Of a stretch of 64,000 nt of DNA, positions 26,645-35,881 are shown in pieces. A program made the position numbers and the translations under genes. Every line of letters begins with the position of its first letter. The first letter of the stretch is position 1. The DNA lies in NCBI GenBank assembly GCA_025451045.1, contig JANWLD010000001.1, positions 197,812 to 261,811 on the forward strand, given 5' to 3'. The DNA comes from Candidatus Saccharimonadales bacterium (GTDB lineage: Bacteria; Patescibacteriota; Saccharimonadia; Saccharimonadales; 2-12-FULL-41-12). The notes below the pieces were generated by a model. That model was not told the origin of the DNA, made no database searches, and saw nothing but the letters and a program-made list of their open reading frames with translations.

Positions 26645-27217
26645 ATGATTGCATATCTAGAGGGCACAGTACGTGATAAACAACCGGATCATGTTGTGGT
26701 GGACGTAGGCGGCGTGGGCTACGGCGTTTATGTAGCCAACGAAGACTTGGCTAAGCTTGAAGCTGAAAAATCCGTAAGACTTCATATATATGAATACATA
26801 AGAGAACAGGCACACGATTTGTTCGGTTTTTGCGAAAAAAGTACGAAATTACTATTTGAAAAATTACTAGAAGTTAATGGCGTCGGCCCTAAGATGGCGC
26901 TTAATATGTTAAGTATCGGCTCGGCAGAAAGCTTGAAAAAAGCGATAGCCGAAGGCGACACAATCTTTATCCAAAGTGCCAACGGCATTGGCAAACGAGT
27001 AGCTGAACGCGTAGTGGTGGATTTGAAAGACAAAGTCGGCTTGTTATCTTCCGAGTCGGCTACCGATTTTCTACAAATTTCATCCGAAGATGAAGCTGCT
27101 CAGGCCTTGGTCGGCCTTGGCTTTAGCAGTGTCGAAGCGGCGAGAGCGTTATCAGGAATTGACAAAAAATTGTCCGTTGAAGAAAAAGTCAAACAGGCGC
27201 TAAAGGCGAAAAATTAA
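26645..27217 (+). CDS. ruvA: Holliday junction branch migration complex subunit RuvA
   Basis: MIAYLEGTV N-terminus and HhH motifs (LLEVNGVGPKMAL, NGIGKRVAERV). Confidence 0.93.
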   Translation: MIAYLEGTVRDKQPDHVVVDVGGVGYGVYVANEDLAKLEAEKSVRLHIYEYIREQAHDLFGFCEKSTKLLFEKLLEVNGVGPKMALNMLSIGSAESLKKAIAEGDTIFIQSANGIGKRVAERVVVDLKDKVGLLSSESATDFLQISSEDEAAQALVGLGFSSVEAARALSGIDKKLSVEEKVKQALKAKN

Positions 27218-28245
27218 TGGCTGTTGAGAGAATAGTCCAGGAATTTGACGAAGAGCTGGACAAACAACTGGATAATTCACTTCGTCCCAAGGACTTTGAT
27301 AATTACATCGGCCAAGAGCGACTAAAAAAGAACTTGCTATTGGCGATAACAGCCGCCAAAAAACGGAATGAGCCTATTGACCATGTGCTATTGTTCGGCC
27401 CTGCCGGGCTTGGTAAAACAACCATGGCTACGGTGATTGGTAATGAAATGGGCCGGGGAGTACGTATAACTTCCGGGCCGGCTATTGAGCGAGCAGGCGA
27501 CTTGGCCAGTATCCTGACCAATCTGGAAGACAATGACATTCTGTTTATCGATGAAATACACCGATTACACCGTAGCGTAGAAGAGGTATTATATTCGGCA
27601 ATGGAAGACTTTAAGCTGGACATAATGCTCGGCAAAGGACCCAGTGCTAAGAGTATGAGGCTTGATTTGCCGAAGTTTACGATAATCGGCGCGACTACCC
27701 GTACCGGTTCACTGGCGGCACCGCTACGCGACAGGTTTGGTTTGCAGCACCGGCTGGAATTTTATTCTGATGAAGAAATCGCCAAGATTATCCGCCGCGC
27801 CGCCAAAATCCTTAAGATAAAGATAGACAATGACGCTTCGCTGTTTTTAGCCAAGCGGGCCCGGTTGACTCCCCGCATAGCCAATCGGTTGCTAAAAAGA
27901 GTTCGAGATTATGCCGATGTCCATGGCAAGGGAAAAGTCGACCTTCCGACTGCCGAAAAAGCCATGGCCATGTTGGAAATAGACGAACTCGGTCTTGATC
28001 CGGCTGATCGACGGGTACTGGTCACTATCATTGAAAACCACAATGGCGGCCCGGTAGGCGTAGGCACATTGGCTGCAGTCACGGGCGACGAGCGCTCAAC
28101 AATTGAGGATTTCTTTGAACCATATCTGCTACAGATAGGCCTGCTGGAGCGTACTCCCAGGGGTAGAAAAGCGACCTCTAAAGCTTATAAACATCTCAAG
28201 AAACCAATGCCTAAGCAAAACGGCGACCAAACTGAATTAATATAA
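27217..28245 (+). CDS. ruvB: Holliday junction DNA helicase RuvB
   Basis: LRPKDFDNYIGQ, Walker A GPAGLGKTT, Walker B LFIDEIHRL. Confidence 0.97.
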   Translation: MAVERIVQEFDEELDKQLDNSLRPKDFDNYIGQERLKKNLLLAITAAKKRNEPIDHVLLFGPAGLGKTTMATVIGNEMGRGVRITSGPAIERAGDLASILTNLEDNDILFIDEIHRLHRSVEEVLYSAMEDFKLDIMLGKGPSAKSMRLDLPKFTIIGATTRTGSLAAPLRDRFGLQHRLEFYSDEEIAKIIRRAAKILKIKIDNDASLFLAKRARLTPRIANRLLKRVRDYADVHGKGKVDLPTAEKAMAMLEIDELGLDPADRRVLVTIIENHNGGPVGVGTLAAVTGDERSTIEDFFEPYLLQIGLLERTPRGRKATSKAYKHLKKPMPKQNGDQTELI

Positions 28246-28257
28246 TATAATTATCAT

Positions 28258-28965
28258 ATGGACGGGGAGAACCAGCACCCTAATCCTGTAGAGGATTATA
28301 TACGTAAAATCATGTCCGACGGTTCTGCAGGCAAACAAGGAAAAGTTAATATTCCGGCTTCCGGACCGGAGATAATGGATAAGGCTATTAAACGTCGGAA
28401 ACCGGTTTTTGATCCGACTGGCCGGATTGAACAAATCAGCCCGGATGAAATCAAGATAGCCGATATCCGGCGGCATCCTTTTGGCCTGATTATCATTTAC
28501 GTCCAATTTATAATTGCAGCGGCCTTGTCTATAGGATTGTTGGTCTTCTTACTGCCAAGCGTTATAGGATCAAGCGCTTCCGTTAGAATGTTCTTGGGTC
28601 TTTTAGTACTTTTAATGACAACTTTCGGAGCGGTTTTTCTGATTCTGGCGACCAGAGTTTATAACGGCAACCAGCTCATAGTAACAGATGAAAATGTAAC
28701 AGAAGTCCAGCAACTGGGTTTGTTTAACCGCAAAGTTTCCGAACTTACTATGGAAGATATAGAAGACGTTACGGCTAATACGCACGGTATTCTTTCGACT
28801 ATCTTTAATTACGGTATTCTAACAGTCGAAACTGCTGGTGAACAAAGTAACTTTGTTTTTAAATACTGTCCTAACCCCAATGCTTATGCCAAGGCTCTTC
28901 AAGATACCCGGCAAAAGTATCAGCGTACACACATTAAATATAGATTATCTGCCGACGAGAGTTAG
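28258..28965 (+). CDS. membrane protein with bacterial PH (bPH_2/YdbT-like) domain
   Basis: IRRHPFGLIIIY followed by two TM helices, then the pattern LIVTDENV...GILTVETAG. Confidence 0.7.
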   Translation: MDGENQHPNPVEDYIRKIMSDGSAGKQGKVNIPASGPEIMDKAIKRRKPVFDPTGRIEQISPDEIKIADIRRHPFGLIIIYVQFIIAAALSIGLLVFLLPSVIGSSASVRMFLGLLVLLMTTFGAVFLILATRVYNGNQLIVTDENVTEVQQLGLFNRKVSELTMEDIEDVTANTHGILSTIFNYGILTVETAGEQSNFVFKYCPNPNAYAKALQDTRQKYQRTHIKYRLSADES

Positions 28966-29270
28966 TCTTTAAACGGATTATCGCGAGCTTTTTGGAATAA
29001 AGCTTGTACAGCTACATTCTGGTCTTCCAGTTTCTCAATCTTATAAATTGTTTCCTGGTCTATTTTCGGCCGTTTAATAATCTCAAGCTGGGCCGATATC
29101 TGTTCCTCGGTAGGCTCTTTATTTATTAATTGGTTAATTTCAAAAACTAAAAAGCCGATTAATACCATAATGATAATAATGAAAATAAACTTGGCATGTT
29201 TCAATAAATTTAACAACGCAGACTTGAGCATTTTAGGTATCTTCTTTAGGTCTATATTATTGCTGTTCAT
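28962..29270 (-). CDS. single-TM protein, last gene of the pilus operon (function unknown)
   Basis: 102 aa with one TM (FIFIIIIMVLIGFLVF); 4-nt overlap with the upstream pilO-like gene. Confidence 0.55.
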   Translation of the reverse strand: MNSNNIDLKKIPKMLKSALLNLLKHAKFIFIIIIMVLIGFLVFEINQLINKEPTEEQISAQLEIIKRPKIDQETIYKIEKLEDQNVAVQALFQKARDNPFKD

Positions 29271-29878
29271 GGTTTTAAATACGCGTTTAATATTAATGAA
29301 AAACTGACATTACTAGGATTATTTTCAGAAGGTGTTACGGTGATACTGCTGACATGGGCCGTTCGCCGGTTGGCTTCAAGATTTTCCAAAAATTTCAGAA
29401 ACTCATAATATGATATCGGATTATCTTCACCCGAACTGACAGTAATAGCCAATGAGTAAACGCCGCTGATTCCTTGAACTGGCTTAACCTGTGATAAATT
29501 CTGGTTTGATGTATTCGGCGTAGTAGAGCCGGTCGCCGTAAGACCCAAACTAGAGGTATCAAAAGCAATCTGCTGAAGCGTTATGCCGCTTTTGGCAGCT
29601 ATAGAATTTATCTCACGAACAGTCTTGGCCTGGTTCTTATCCTGTGGAACAACCGTTTTGGCAATTTCATCCAACGATGTATATTTTTTAATATCTGCTC
29701 TAGCTTGGGCCAAGGAAACTTCTTGTTCTTTAGTAACCTGATTTTGGGCTCTAAGGCCGCTTAATTTATCGGCTTGTTTCTGTAGCAGTAAGTCTCCGGC
29801 AATAGTCATGCCGACGATGGCTGCGAATAACAATATAACCAATCCTACCATTAGATAGGAAAATTTTTTCGAGCTCAT
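29267..29878 (-). CDS. pilO: type IV pilus assembly protein, PilO-like
   Basis: Bitopic protein with an N-terminal TM followed by a coiled coil, positioned after pilM-pilN with 4-nt overlaps. Confidence 0.6.
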   Translation of the reverse strand: MSSKKFSYLMVGLVILLFAAIVGMTIAGDLLLQKQADKLSGLRAQNQVTKEQEVSLAQARADIKKYTSLDEIAKTVVPQDKNQAKTVREINSIAAKSGITLQQIAFDTSSLGLTATGSTTPNTSNQNLSQVKPVQGISGVYSLAITVSSGEDNPISYYEFLKFLENLEANRRTAHVSSITVTPSENNPSNVSFSLILNAYLKP

Positions 29879-30480
29879 TGGCCGCCTCCTACTGGCTTGG
29901 CCGTAGTTGAAATATAGACATAAGGATTGTCTTTAGCGAACAGGGCCCTTAATTGAACAGTACAATCATAAACCGACTTGCTGGCCGGGTTACAGTTGAT
30001 GGATTCTATATCGGCTTTTTGGAATATCTTATTATTAGGATCAGACAGGTTAACCTGAATCTGAGTAGCCGACTCTACATCTTTAGCTAGGGCCTTTAGG
30101 GTAATTCCACCTTGGACTTTGTCTATTTGTATAGATTGAAGCGTAGTACCGGCGGGCAGTGAAGCCCCTAATTGTTTTAGCAACTTAGAAAAGAGTATCT
30201 CTCGCGACAACACTTGGAGGATTAATTTAGTGTTAGAAGATATTTCTTCCAACTGACCTTTGGTTTCGTCAATCTTTTCTTCTTTCAGATGCTGTCTGGC
30301 TGCCTCGGTCTGAGCTGACTGAGTCCGCATAGAATTATTTAAAAGTAGGTAACCACTGGCAATAACGGCTGCTAAAATCAACAATGAAACTACCATGGCA
30401 ATTGCCCAGTTGAATAAAGTCCGGTTGCGCCTAGCATATAGTATATTTTCCTTATAATCAGGAGGCAGTAAATTTATCAT
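29875..30480 (-). CDS. pilN: type IV pilus assembly protein PilN
   Basis: MINLLPPDYKE N-terminus (PilM-binding INLLP motif) followed by one TM. Confidence 0.8.
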   Translation of the reverse strand: MINLLPPDYKENILYARRNRTLFNWAIAMVVSLLILAAVIASGYLLLNNSMRTQSAQTEAARQHLKEEKIDETKGQLEEISSNTKLILQVLSREILFSKLLKQLGASLPAGTTLQSIQIDKVQGGITLKALAKDVESATQIQVNLSDPNNKIFQKADIESINCNPASKSVYDCTVQLRALFAKDNPYVYISTTAKPVGGGQ

Positions 30481-31547
30481 TGGAATAGCTCCGCGGGGTC
30501 AATAAGACACAAGCCGGCAACTGTCGCATAAACTGATTTTTCGTCCTGGCTCGGAGCTTTTAGCTTGTGTAAGTCAAAGTTTTGCCAAGGATCATAAGCC
30601 CTAACCGGTAGGCGCAGTGAATTGGTCAGATAGTCGCTTAATCCGGGCATATTTGCTCCGCCACCCATAGTAATTATCTGACCGATTTTTCGTTTTGATC
30701 CGGTACGTTCGGAAAAGTAACGCATCATTCTTTTGACTTCCCGGTTCAATTGATCCAGTTGCGGTTGCATCACTTCTATTATTTCCGGTTGTTTCTTGCT
30801 TTTGCTAATTCCGTATTTGATTTTAACAATATGCGCTTCCTGAAGACTGATGCCAAGCTTTTTGGCTACCAAACTGGTAAATATATCCCCGCCCGCCGGA
30901 ATAGTACTGGAAACTACGTTATTACCGTCGATGATGGTGATATCGGCCGAAATCGAGCCGAAATCGATAATAACCGAAGGTATATCACTACTAGGCTCCA
31001 AAACCCTGAACAGGCGGCCAGATGAGGAAATACTAGTACCAAAACTTATTGCTTCCAAACCAAGTATACGGGTCAATGCTAAATATGAATCGACTATTCT
31101 TTTCGGCGCGGCTACAGTTAATACCTCCAAGCTCTTCTGATTTCTTGATATTATTTCAAAGTCTATGTACAACTCATCTATGGGGGAAGGTATATACTGC
31201 TCACTCTCCAGCTCGACAGCTTCCTTTAGCTCGTTATCAGGTATCGCCGGCAGAGTTAGAGAGTGTGAATAGGTCAGTATCGCCGGAATACTTATTGCCA
31301 CCCGCCTAGTCGTGATTTCACCGATGATATTTTTAGCAAACAATTCTTTGATAGATCCGGCAATATCCTCAAAGTCGACTATTATTCCATCTTTTATAGA
31401 CTTGGGGTCAAAATTGCCAATACCGTAGCCTACTAACTCGTAGCCTTTGACCGATTTCTCCAGCTGCATTACCTTGATGCTGTCGAAGCCTATGTCGAGT
31501 CCGAAGATTGGTTTATCTTTGTAAAAATATTTGTTGGTTTTATCCAT
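30477..31547 (-). CDS. pilM: type IV pilus assembly protein PilM (actin-like ATPase fold)
   Basis: 356 aa, FGLDIGFDSIKVMQL start, collinear with PilM, operon context. Confidence 0.88.
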   Translation of the reverse strand: MDKTNKYFYKDKPIFGLDIGFDSIKVMQLEKSVKGYELVGYGIGNFDPKSIKDGIIVDFEDIAGSIKELFAKNIIGEITTRRVAISIPAILTYSHSLTLPAIPDNELKEAVELESEQYIPSPIDELYIDFEIISRNQKSLEVLTVAAPKRIVDSYLALTRILGLEAISFGTSISSSGRLFRVLEPSSDIPSVIIDFGSISADITIIDGNNVVSSTIPAGGDIFTSLVAKKLGISLQEAHIVKIKYGISKSKKQPEIIEVMQPQLDQLNREVKRMMRYFSERTGSKRKIGQIITMGGGANMPGLSDYLTNSLRLPVRAYDPWQNFDLHKLKAPSQDEKSVYATVAGLCLIDPAELFQ

Positions 31548-31601
31548 GCTTTGCCCGCCCGAAGCAGTTTAACTTCTTATGATTATACCGCATAACTTTT
31601 A

Positions 31602-32963
31602 TTAAAACGATCTTCTATAACCGCTTATTACCCAAAAAGTTAAGCCAGTGCCTATCGATGAACCAAAAGTTATAGTACCGCTGTTACTAATAGATATTGT
31701 CTGGCCTACTAAAGCCCCGATTTGGCCGCTATTAGCAACCTGTATCTTGGACCATTTTGTATAAAATATGGTTTGTGGTCCTGATGAGGCATTATCTAGT
31801 GATAAAGTGATTGTATTTCGGGAATTTGCTAGATCCGTGCCCGTTACATCATTACAGTCAGGCGAGCAGCTTGCATTACTCCAATAGGTGATGATCTGAG
31901 GGCCAGTGTTTTGTGAGTTACTTGCTATGGTTGAACTATTGCTAAAATTATTATTCTGCCCATCAATCATTATATTAGGCCTAGTAGTTCCTAGGCTGTT
32001 GTCGACCTTAAGCGTTCCCTGATTTGACATGTTTAATGTTCCCGTTATCCAAGTATCGCCCATGAGGGTTACGGTACAGGTTTTGCTAATAGTTACGTTA
32101 CCGGTGATTTTTAAGTGGGCAGGCCAAGTAACAGAGCCGCTATTGCTGGTACAAGAAGCAGCAGCCCCGCTCAGGCTATTAACTGCCGCGGCTTTTTGAG
32201 CGGTTCTATTATGGTCGGGAAGCGGTTGGGCGGATACGCCGCTATTTACAGTCAAACCCGGGTCGCTCATCCCGCTAGAAGATATCTGGTTATTGGCTTT
32301 CACATTTCCGTAGATGTGAGCCGTATTAGATATTGAAATAGGCTGGCCATTTTCTCCGCTGGCACATAATCTAGGATAAGTACTATCTGGTGGATTAGGA
32401 CAGCTTTGGTGGGCAACTTGCAAATTTACCGGGCTTAACAGTAAGCCAATCTGGGAACTATTACTCATTGTTATAGTTCCATTAACCAGAACATCTCCTC
32501 CTAAAACCTTGGCGCTATTACTTAAGACCAAGCCCCCGACTCCGGTTATTATGCTAAAACTTTGTGATTGTATGCCTTTAACATCCACAGTTATTTTAAT
32601 AACTGAATCTGGACTTGCCGAAGTGGCAGTTCTATAACTTCTACCGGTGCTTACTAATGTCTTTTTTTGTGACCCAGCGGCAGATACCACGGTTTCATAA
32701 GTTACTTTGCCAGTCGCGTCATTTTGTAAGGTAACTTCTCCATTTGTCCCTGTCCATGAACTGTCCTGATTTAGTTGCTCCATTGATTTATCTATACCCG
32801 CATCCGCGCCAAATTGCGCTAACGTTTTAAATTGGTCTTGGCGAGCGGTTCTAAAACCTGATACGGCATGATTCATATATGCCGTGGAAATGACTATGAA
32901 AAAGGGGAAGATAATTAATATTGAAATTAATATTGACCCGGAATTATTTTTTAAACGCTTCAT
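31602..32963 (-). CDS. PilX-like large pilus-associated protein with repetitive N/S/T/G-rich C-terminal region
   Basis: Hydrophobic N-terminus SILISILIIFPFFIVISTAYM...FRTARQ resembles the PilX N-terminal domain. Repeats such as SNSAKVLGGDVLVNGTITMSNSSQIG suggest a beta-helix. Contains 8 Cys. Confidence 0.6.
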   Translation of the reverse strand: MKRLKNNSGSILISILIIFPFFIVISTAYMNHAVSGFRTARQDQFKTLAQFGADAGIDKSMEQLNQDSSWTGTNGEVTLQNDATGKVTYETVVSAAGSQKKTLVSTGRSYRTATSASPDSVIKITVDVKGIQSQSFSIITGVGGLVLSNSAKVLGGDVLVNGTITMSNSSQIGLLLSPVNLQVAHQSCPNPPDSTYPRLCASGENGQPISISNTAHIYGNVKANNQISSSGMSDPGLTVNSGVSAQPLPDHNRTAQKAAAVNSLSGAAASCTSNSGSVTWPAHLKITGNVTISKTCTVTLMGDTWITGTLNMSNQGTLKVDNSLGTTRPNIMIDGQNNNFSNSSTIASNSQNTGPQIITYWSNASCSPDCNDVTGTDLANSRNTITLSLDNASSGPQTIFYTKWSKIQVANSGQIGALVGQTISISNSGTITFGSSIGTGLTFWVISGYRRSF

Positions 32964-33640
32964 GAAAAATCATTCCTCAATGTTATCCTAATGGTATTTT
33001 CAAATATAAGAGGCAGGCCAAAAGTTCTTTTCTCCAGTGATAAGTTTATCTTTATTGAACGGGCCGCAGTCGCTGTGTTTGTAAGTGCATTATCCTGATC
33101 ATATAAGGTAAAGGTCATGGTATCTATATTGTCAACAAGTTCTCTGTCAGCCGGACAAGTAGAAGTAGCAACATTGAATGGGCATGATGTTTTTAATTTA
33201 TTGCCAGAAGCATTAGGGTTGGCGAGGGTTCTTTTGTATAGTTTAGTCCCGCTTTTGTAATAGACGAACTCATTTTCATAGGGATAGCCTGTATCCGGAT
33301 CTAATATATATTGGTTAGAATTGTTTAGTGCCGGTACTGCAGTAATAATTACGAAATTCACGTTATCTGTATTCCAGCCTCCGGAAGGGGCGTGCGGGTC
33401 TGTAATGCTATTTGTTTGTCTGACGCCTGCGCCATAACGCAGCTCTTCTACCATAACTCGCAAGAGATTTTGGGAATCGCTAGTCATTTCGATAGTAGTA
33501 CTTGTACGAGTTTCTGCTTGTAGAAAATTAGTGAATATCGCTATAAAACTTACGCTGATTATTGCCATTAAAAGTATTGTTATTTCAAGTTCTACGATAG
33601 TAAAGCCGGCTTGGCTTAATTTTAATTTATTGGCCGACAC
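32960..33640 (-). CDS. minor pilin (prepilin-type N-terminal cleavage/methylation domain)
   Basis: SQAG|FTIVELEITILL class III signal with Glu+5; 226 aa; a Cys pair at CPFNVATSTC. Confidence 0.85.
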   Translation of the reverse strand: MSANKLKLSQAGFTIVELEITILLMAIISVSFIAIFTNFLQAETRTSTTIEMTSDSQNLLRVMVEELRYGAGVRQTNSITDPHAPSGGWNTDNVNFVIITAVPALNNSNQYILDPDTGYPYENEFVYYKSGTKLYKRTLANPNASGNKLKTSCPFNVATSTCPADRELVDNIDTMTFTLYDQDNALTNTATAARSIKINLSLEKRTFGLPLIFENTIRITLRNDFS

Positions 33641-34025
33641 CGATTTCTCCTATATAAGTTGTGTAAGAATAAGTCCGCGGATCTCCTTGATCGTCGTATG
33701 TGATAGATAAGACTATTTTCTTCATAGCGACCGGGTCGGTACTTATGGTCAGCGTAGCACTTCGCGGAGACTGTAATTCGCTAGGCAGTTCATTCGTTAT
33801 ATCGCTTGTACCTGTATTAACCGCCAGATAGCCCTTACTTCTAAGTTCTTCAATCTTATTTTCAGCAAATGAGTTGACTACTGAAACATCTCTTCCTTGT
33901 TGGCTCAGCTTGGATGTATTAACTTGAAGCATGGCTACTGTACCGACAAAAATAGCGCTTAGCGCTATTCCAACTAATAATTCGACAATGGTAAACCCGT
34001 TGTAATCTGAGCCTAAACCCCTCAT
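33627..34025 (-). CDS. minor pilin (prepilin-type N-terminal domain)
   Basis: DYNG|FTIVELLVGIAL class III signal; 132 aa. Confidence 0.85.
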   Translation of the reverse strand: MRGLGSDYNGFTIVELLVGIALSAIFVGTVAMLQVNTSKLSQQGRDVSVVNSFAENKIEELRSKGYLAVNTGTSDITNELPSELQSPRSATLTISTDPVAMKKIVLSITYDDQGDPRTYSYTTYIGEIGVGQ

Positions 34026-34041
34026 GCTTATCTGATAGTAT

Positions 34042-34073
34042 AAAAAACCCTGGTAAGTATTACCAGGGTTTTA
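34042..34073 (-). terminator. intrinsic terminator/attenuator after the major pilin gene
   Basis: Minus strand reads AAAACCCTGGTA-atac-TTACCAGGGTTTTTT. Confidence 0.8.
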
Positions 34074-34090
34074 TTACTTAAGCCGTTAAC

Positions 34091-34540
34091 TTAATTATTG
34101 GAGCCGGTTTTGACGAATGTACCGCCAGCTTCAAGATTAGCTGTCAGCGTAAAGCCAGTACAGTCACCGTTAGTGCCGTTATCACAGTTAGCTGGCGTCG
34201 CAGCATATACGTAATAATCAGTACCACTACCACTGGCCGCAAGAGCCGTAGTACTGTTCGGAGCGTGGATGGCATCATCCGTTAGTCCTTTGACGTTTGC
34301 ATCACGCCATGTACTGTCATTTAGGTTAGCCAATGTCGGATACTTGCTGTTTTGAGCAAAATATACCTCAACCTGACTATAAATGGCATTGATATCAGAC
34401 TTTCGATCCGCGTCGCGGCCTTTCTTTTGTACGCCCGTAAAGGTCGTTATTACGATTGCCGCCAAGATACCTATGACAACAATTACTATCAAGAGCTCCA
34501 CAATGGTGAAACCGCTTTGTTTACGTTTTAGTGAGATCAT
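34091..34540 (-). CDS. pilA: major type IV pilin
   Basis: KRKQSG|FTIVELLIVIVVIGILAAI prepilin signal; C-terminal Cys pair CDNGTNGDC; own promoter and terminator. Confidence 0.88.
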   Translation of the reverse strand: MISLKRKQSGFTIVELLIVIVVIGILAAIVITTFTGVQKKGRDADRKSDINAIYSQVEVYFAQNSKYPTLANLNDSTWRDANVKGLTDDAIHAPNSTTALAASGSGTDYYVYAATPANCDNGTNGDCTGFTLTANLEAGGTFVKTGSNN

Positions 34541-34623
34541 TAGGACCCACCCTTCTTTTTATTGTTTTATAACTAATGACCTTATCAACTCGCTAGTTAC
34601 GGAGTAGATAAGTATCTGTTCAA

Positions 34624-34652
34624 ATTTTAACCATAAGTATGATACGGGTCAA
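34624..34652 (-). promoter_or_regulatory. sigma70-type promoter of pilA
   Basis: Minus strand: TTGACC (34647-34652), 17-nt spacer, TAAAAT (34624-34629). Confidence 0.55.
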
Positions 34653-34663
34653 GTTAATAATTG

Positions 34664-35881
34664 TTAGTTATTACCGACATTATTGCTAAGGCTGGCTATC
34701 GGACCCATCACACTGGCGGCTATTAAGCCGACCATAGTACCCAGAACAATTATCATTACCGGCTCGATTAAAGCGCTTATACCATCGATAACCACATCTA
34801 CCTCTTCTTCGTAAAAGTCAGCGACCTTGATTAAAATAGTATCGATTTCACCGGTTTCCTCGCCAATAGCCAGCATCTGCGAAACAATAGAAGGGAAATA
34901 CTTGCTTTTAGATAACGGCTCGGACAATTGCTTGCCGTTCTTTACTTCTTTAGCGGCTGCTTTTAGTTCTTCTTCAATGACTTTGTTGCCGATAGCTCCG
35001 CCAGTCACTTCCAGCGCGTCAAGCACGGCCACGCCGGCTGACATAAGCGAAGCGAAGGTCCGGGCGAACCTGGCCAGGGCGATTTTAGTTATTATGTTAT
35101 TCAATACCGGGACGCGTAACAGAAAACTATGCAGGCGGTATTTTCCTTTTGGAGTTTTTATATATCTGCGAAAGAAAAATAAGCTAAATCCGACAATAAT
35201 TATAATAATTAATGCGTTGCTACGCATAAAATTACTTATGTTAAGCAAAACTTGGGTATATATAGGCAGTTTAGCGTTCGGACCGCCAAGGTCAGTCAAA
35301 ATCTTGGCGATTTTCGGAATGATAAAGAACATTATCCCGAAAAAGGCCAATACCGTAATACTCAGTATTACGGTCGGATAAGCCATGGCGCTTTTTATCT
35401 TTTTTCGGATAGCCGCGTCTTTTTCCACTTGGGCGGCCAGTCTTTTTAAGATGTCTTCGAGTATACCGCCGGCTTCGCCGGCTTGTACCATGTTCACATA
35501 TATCTCATTAAATACGTCCGGGTGCTTGCCGAACGCATCAGCTAAAGGCATACCGCCTTCAATATCTTTGGCGACATCACTGATTATAGTGTTGAAATAC
35601 TTGTTTACGGTCTGGTTCTGAAGCGTGGCCAGCGACCGGTTAAGCGGTACGCCGGCTGATATCATCGTAGAAAGCTGGCGGGTAAAGACGACTAAATCCT
35701 TAGACCTGACTTTGCCAGTGCCCAGCGTGAAAAAACTAGCGCCGCTTTTAAGCTCCTTGATGGACAGCGGATGTATATTCTGATGTACCAAAGTAGTGCG
35801 GGCGTTTTCTTTGCTGGAAGCTTCAACAACTCCGCTTACAGCCTTGCCGTCCTTGGTCGCGTTATATGAAAACTTAGTCAT
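34664..35881 (-). CDS. pilC: type IV pilus platform protein PilC (GspF family)
   Basis: 405 aa with duplicated GspF-type domains and 3 TM regions, collinear with PilC. Confidence 0.92.
   Translation of the reverse strand: MTKFSYNATKDGKAVSGVVEASSKENARTTLVHQNIHPLSIKELKSGASFFTLGTGKVRSKDLVVFTRQLSTMISAGVPLNRSLATLQNQTVNKYFNTIISDVAKDIEGGMPLADAFGKHPDVFNEIYVNMVQAGEAGGILEDILKRLAAQVEKDAAIRKKIKSAMAYPTVILSITVLAFFGIMFFIIPKIAKILTDLGGPNAKLPIYTQVLLNISNFMRSNALIIIIIVGFSLFFFRRYIKTPKGKYRLHSFLLRVPVLNNIITKIALARFARTFASLMSAGVAVLDALEVTGGAIGNKVIEEELKAAAKEVKNGKQLSEPLSKSKYFPSIVSQMLAIGEETGEIDTILIKVADFYEEEVDVVIDGISALIEPVMIIVLGTMVGLIAASVMGPIASLSNNVGNN

Noticed and set aside
34827-35381. 184-aa plus-strand ORF
   Set aside because: It is antisense to pilC and has no start signals or recognisable features.
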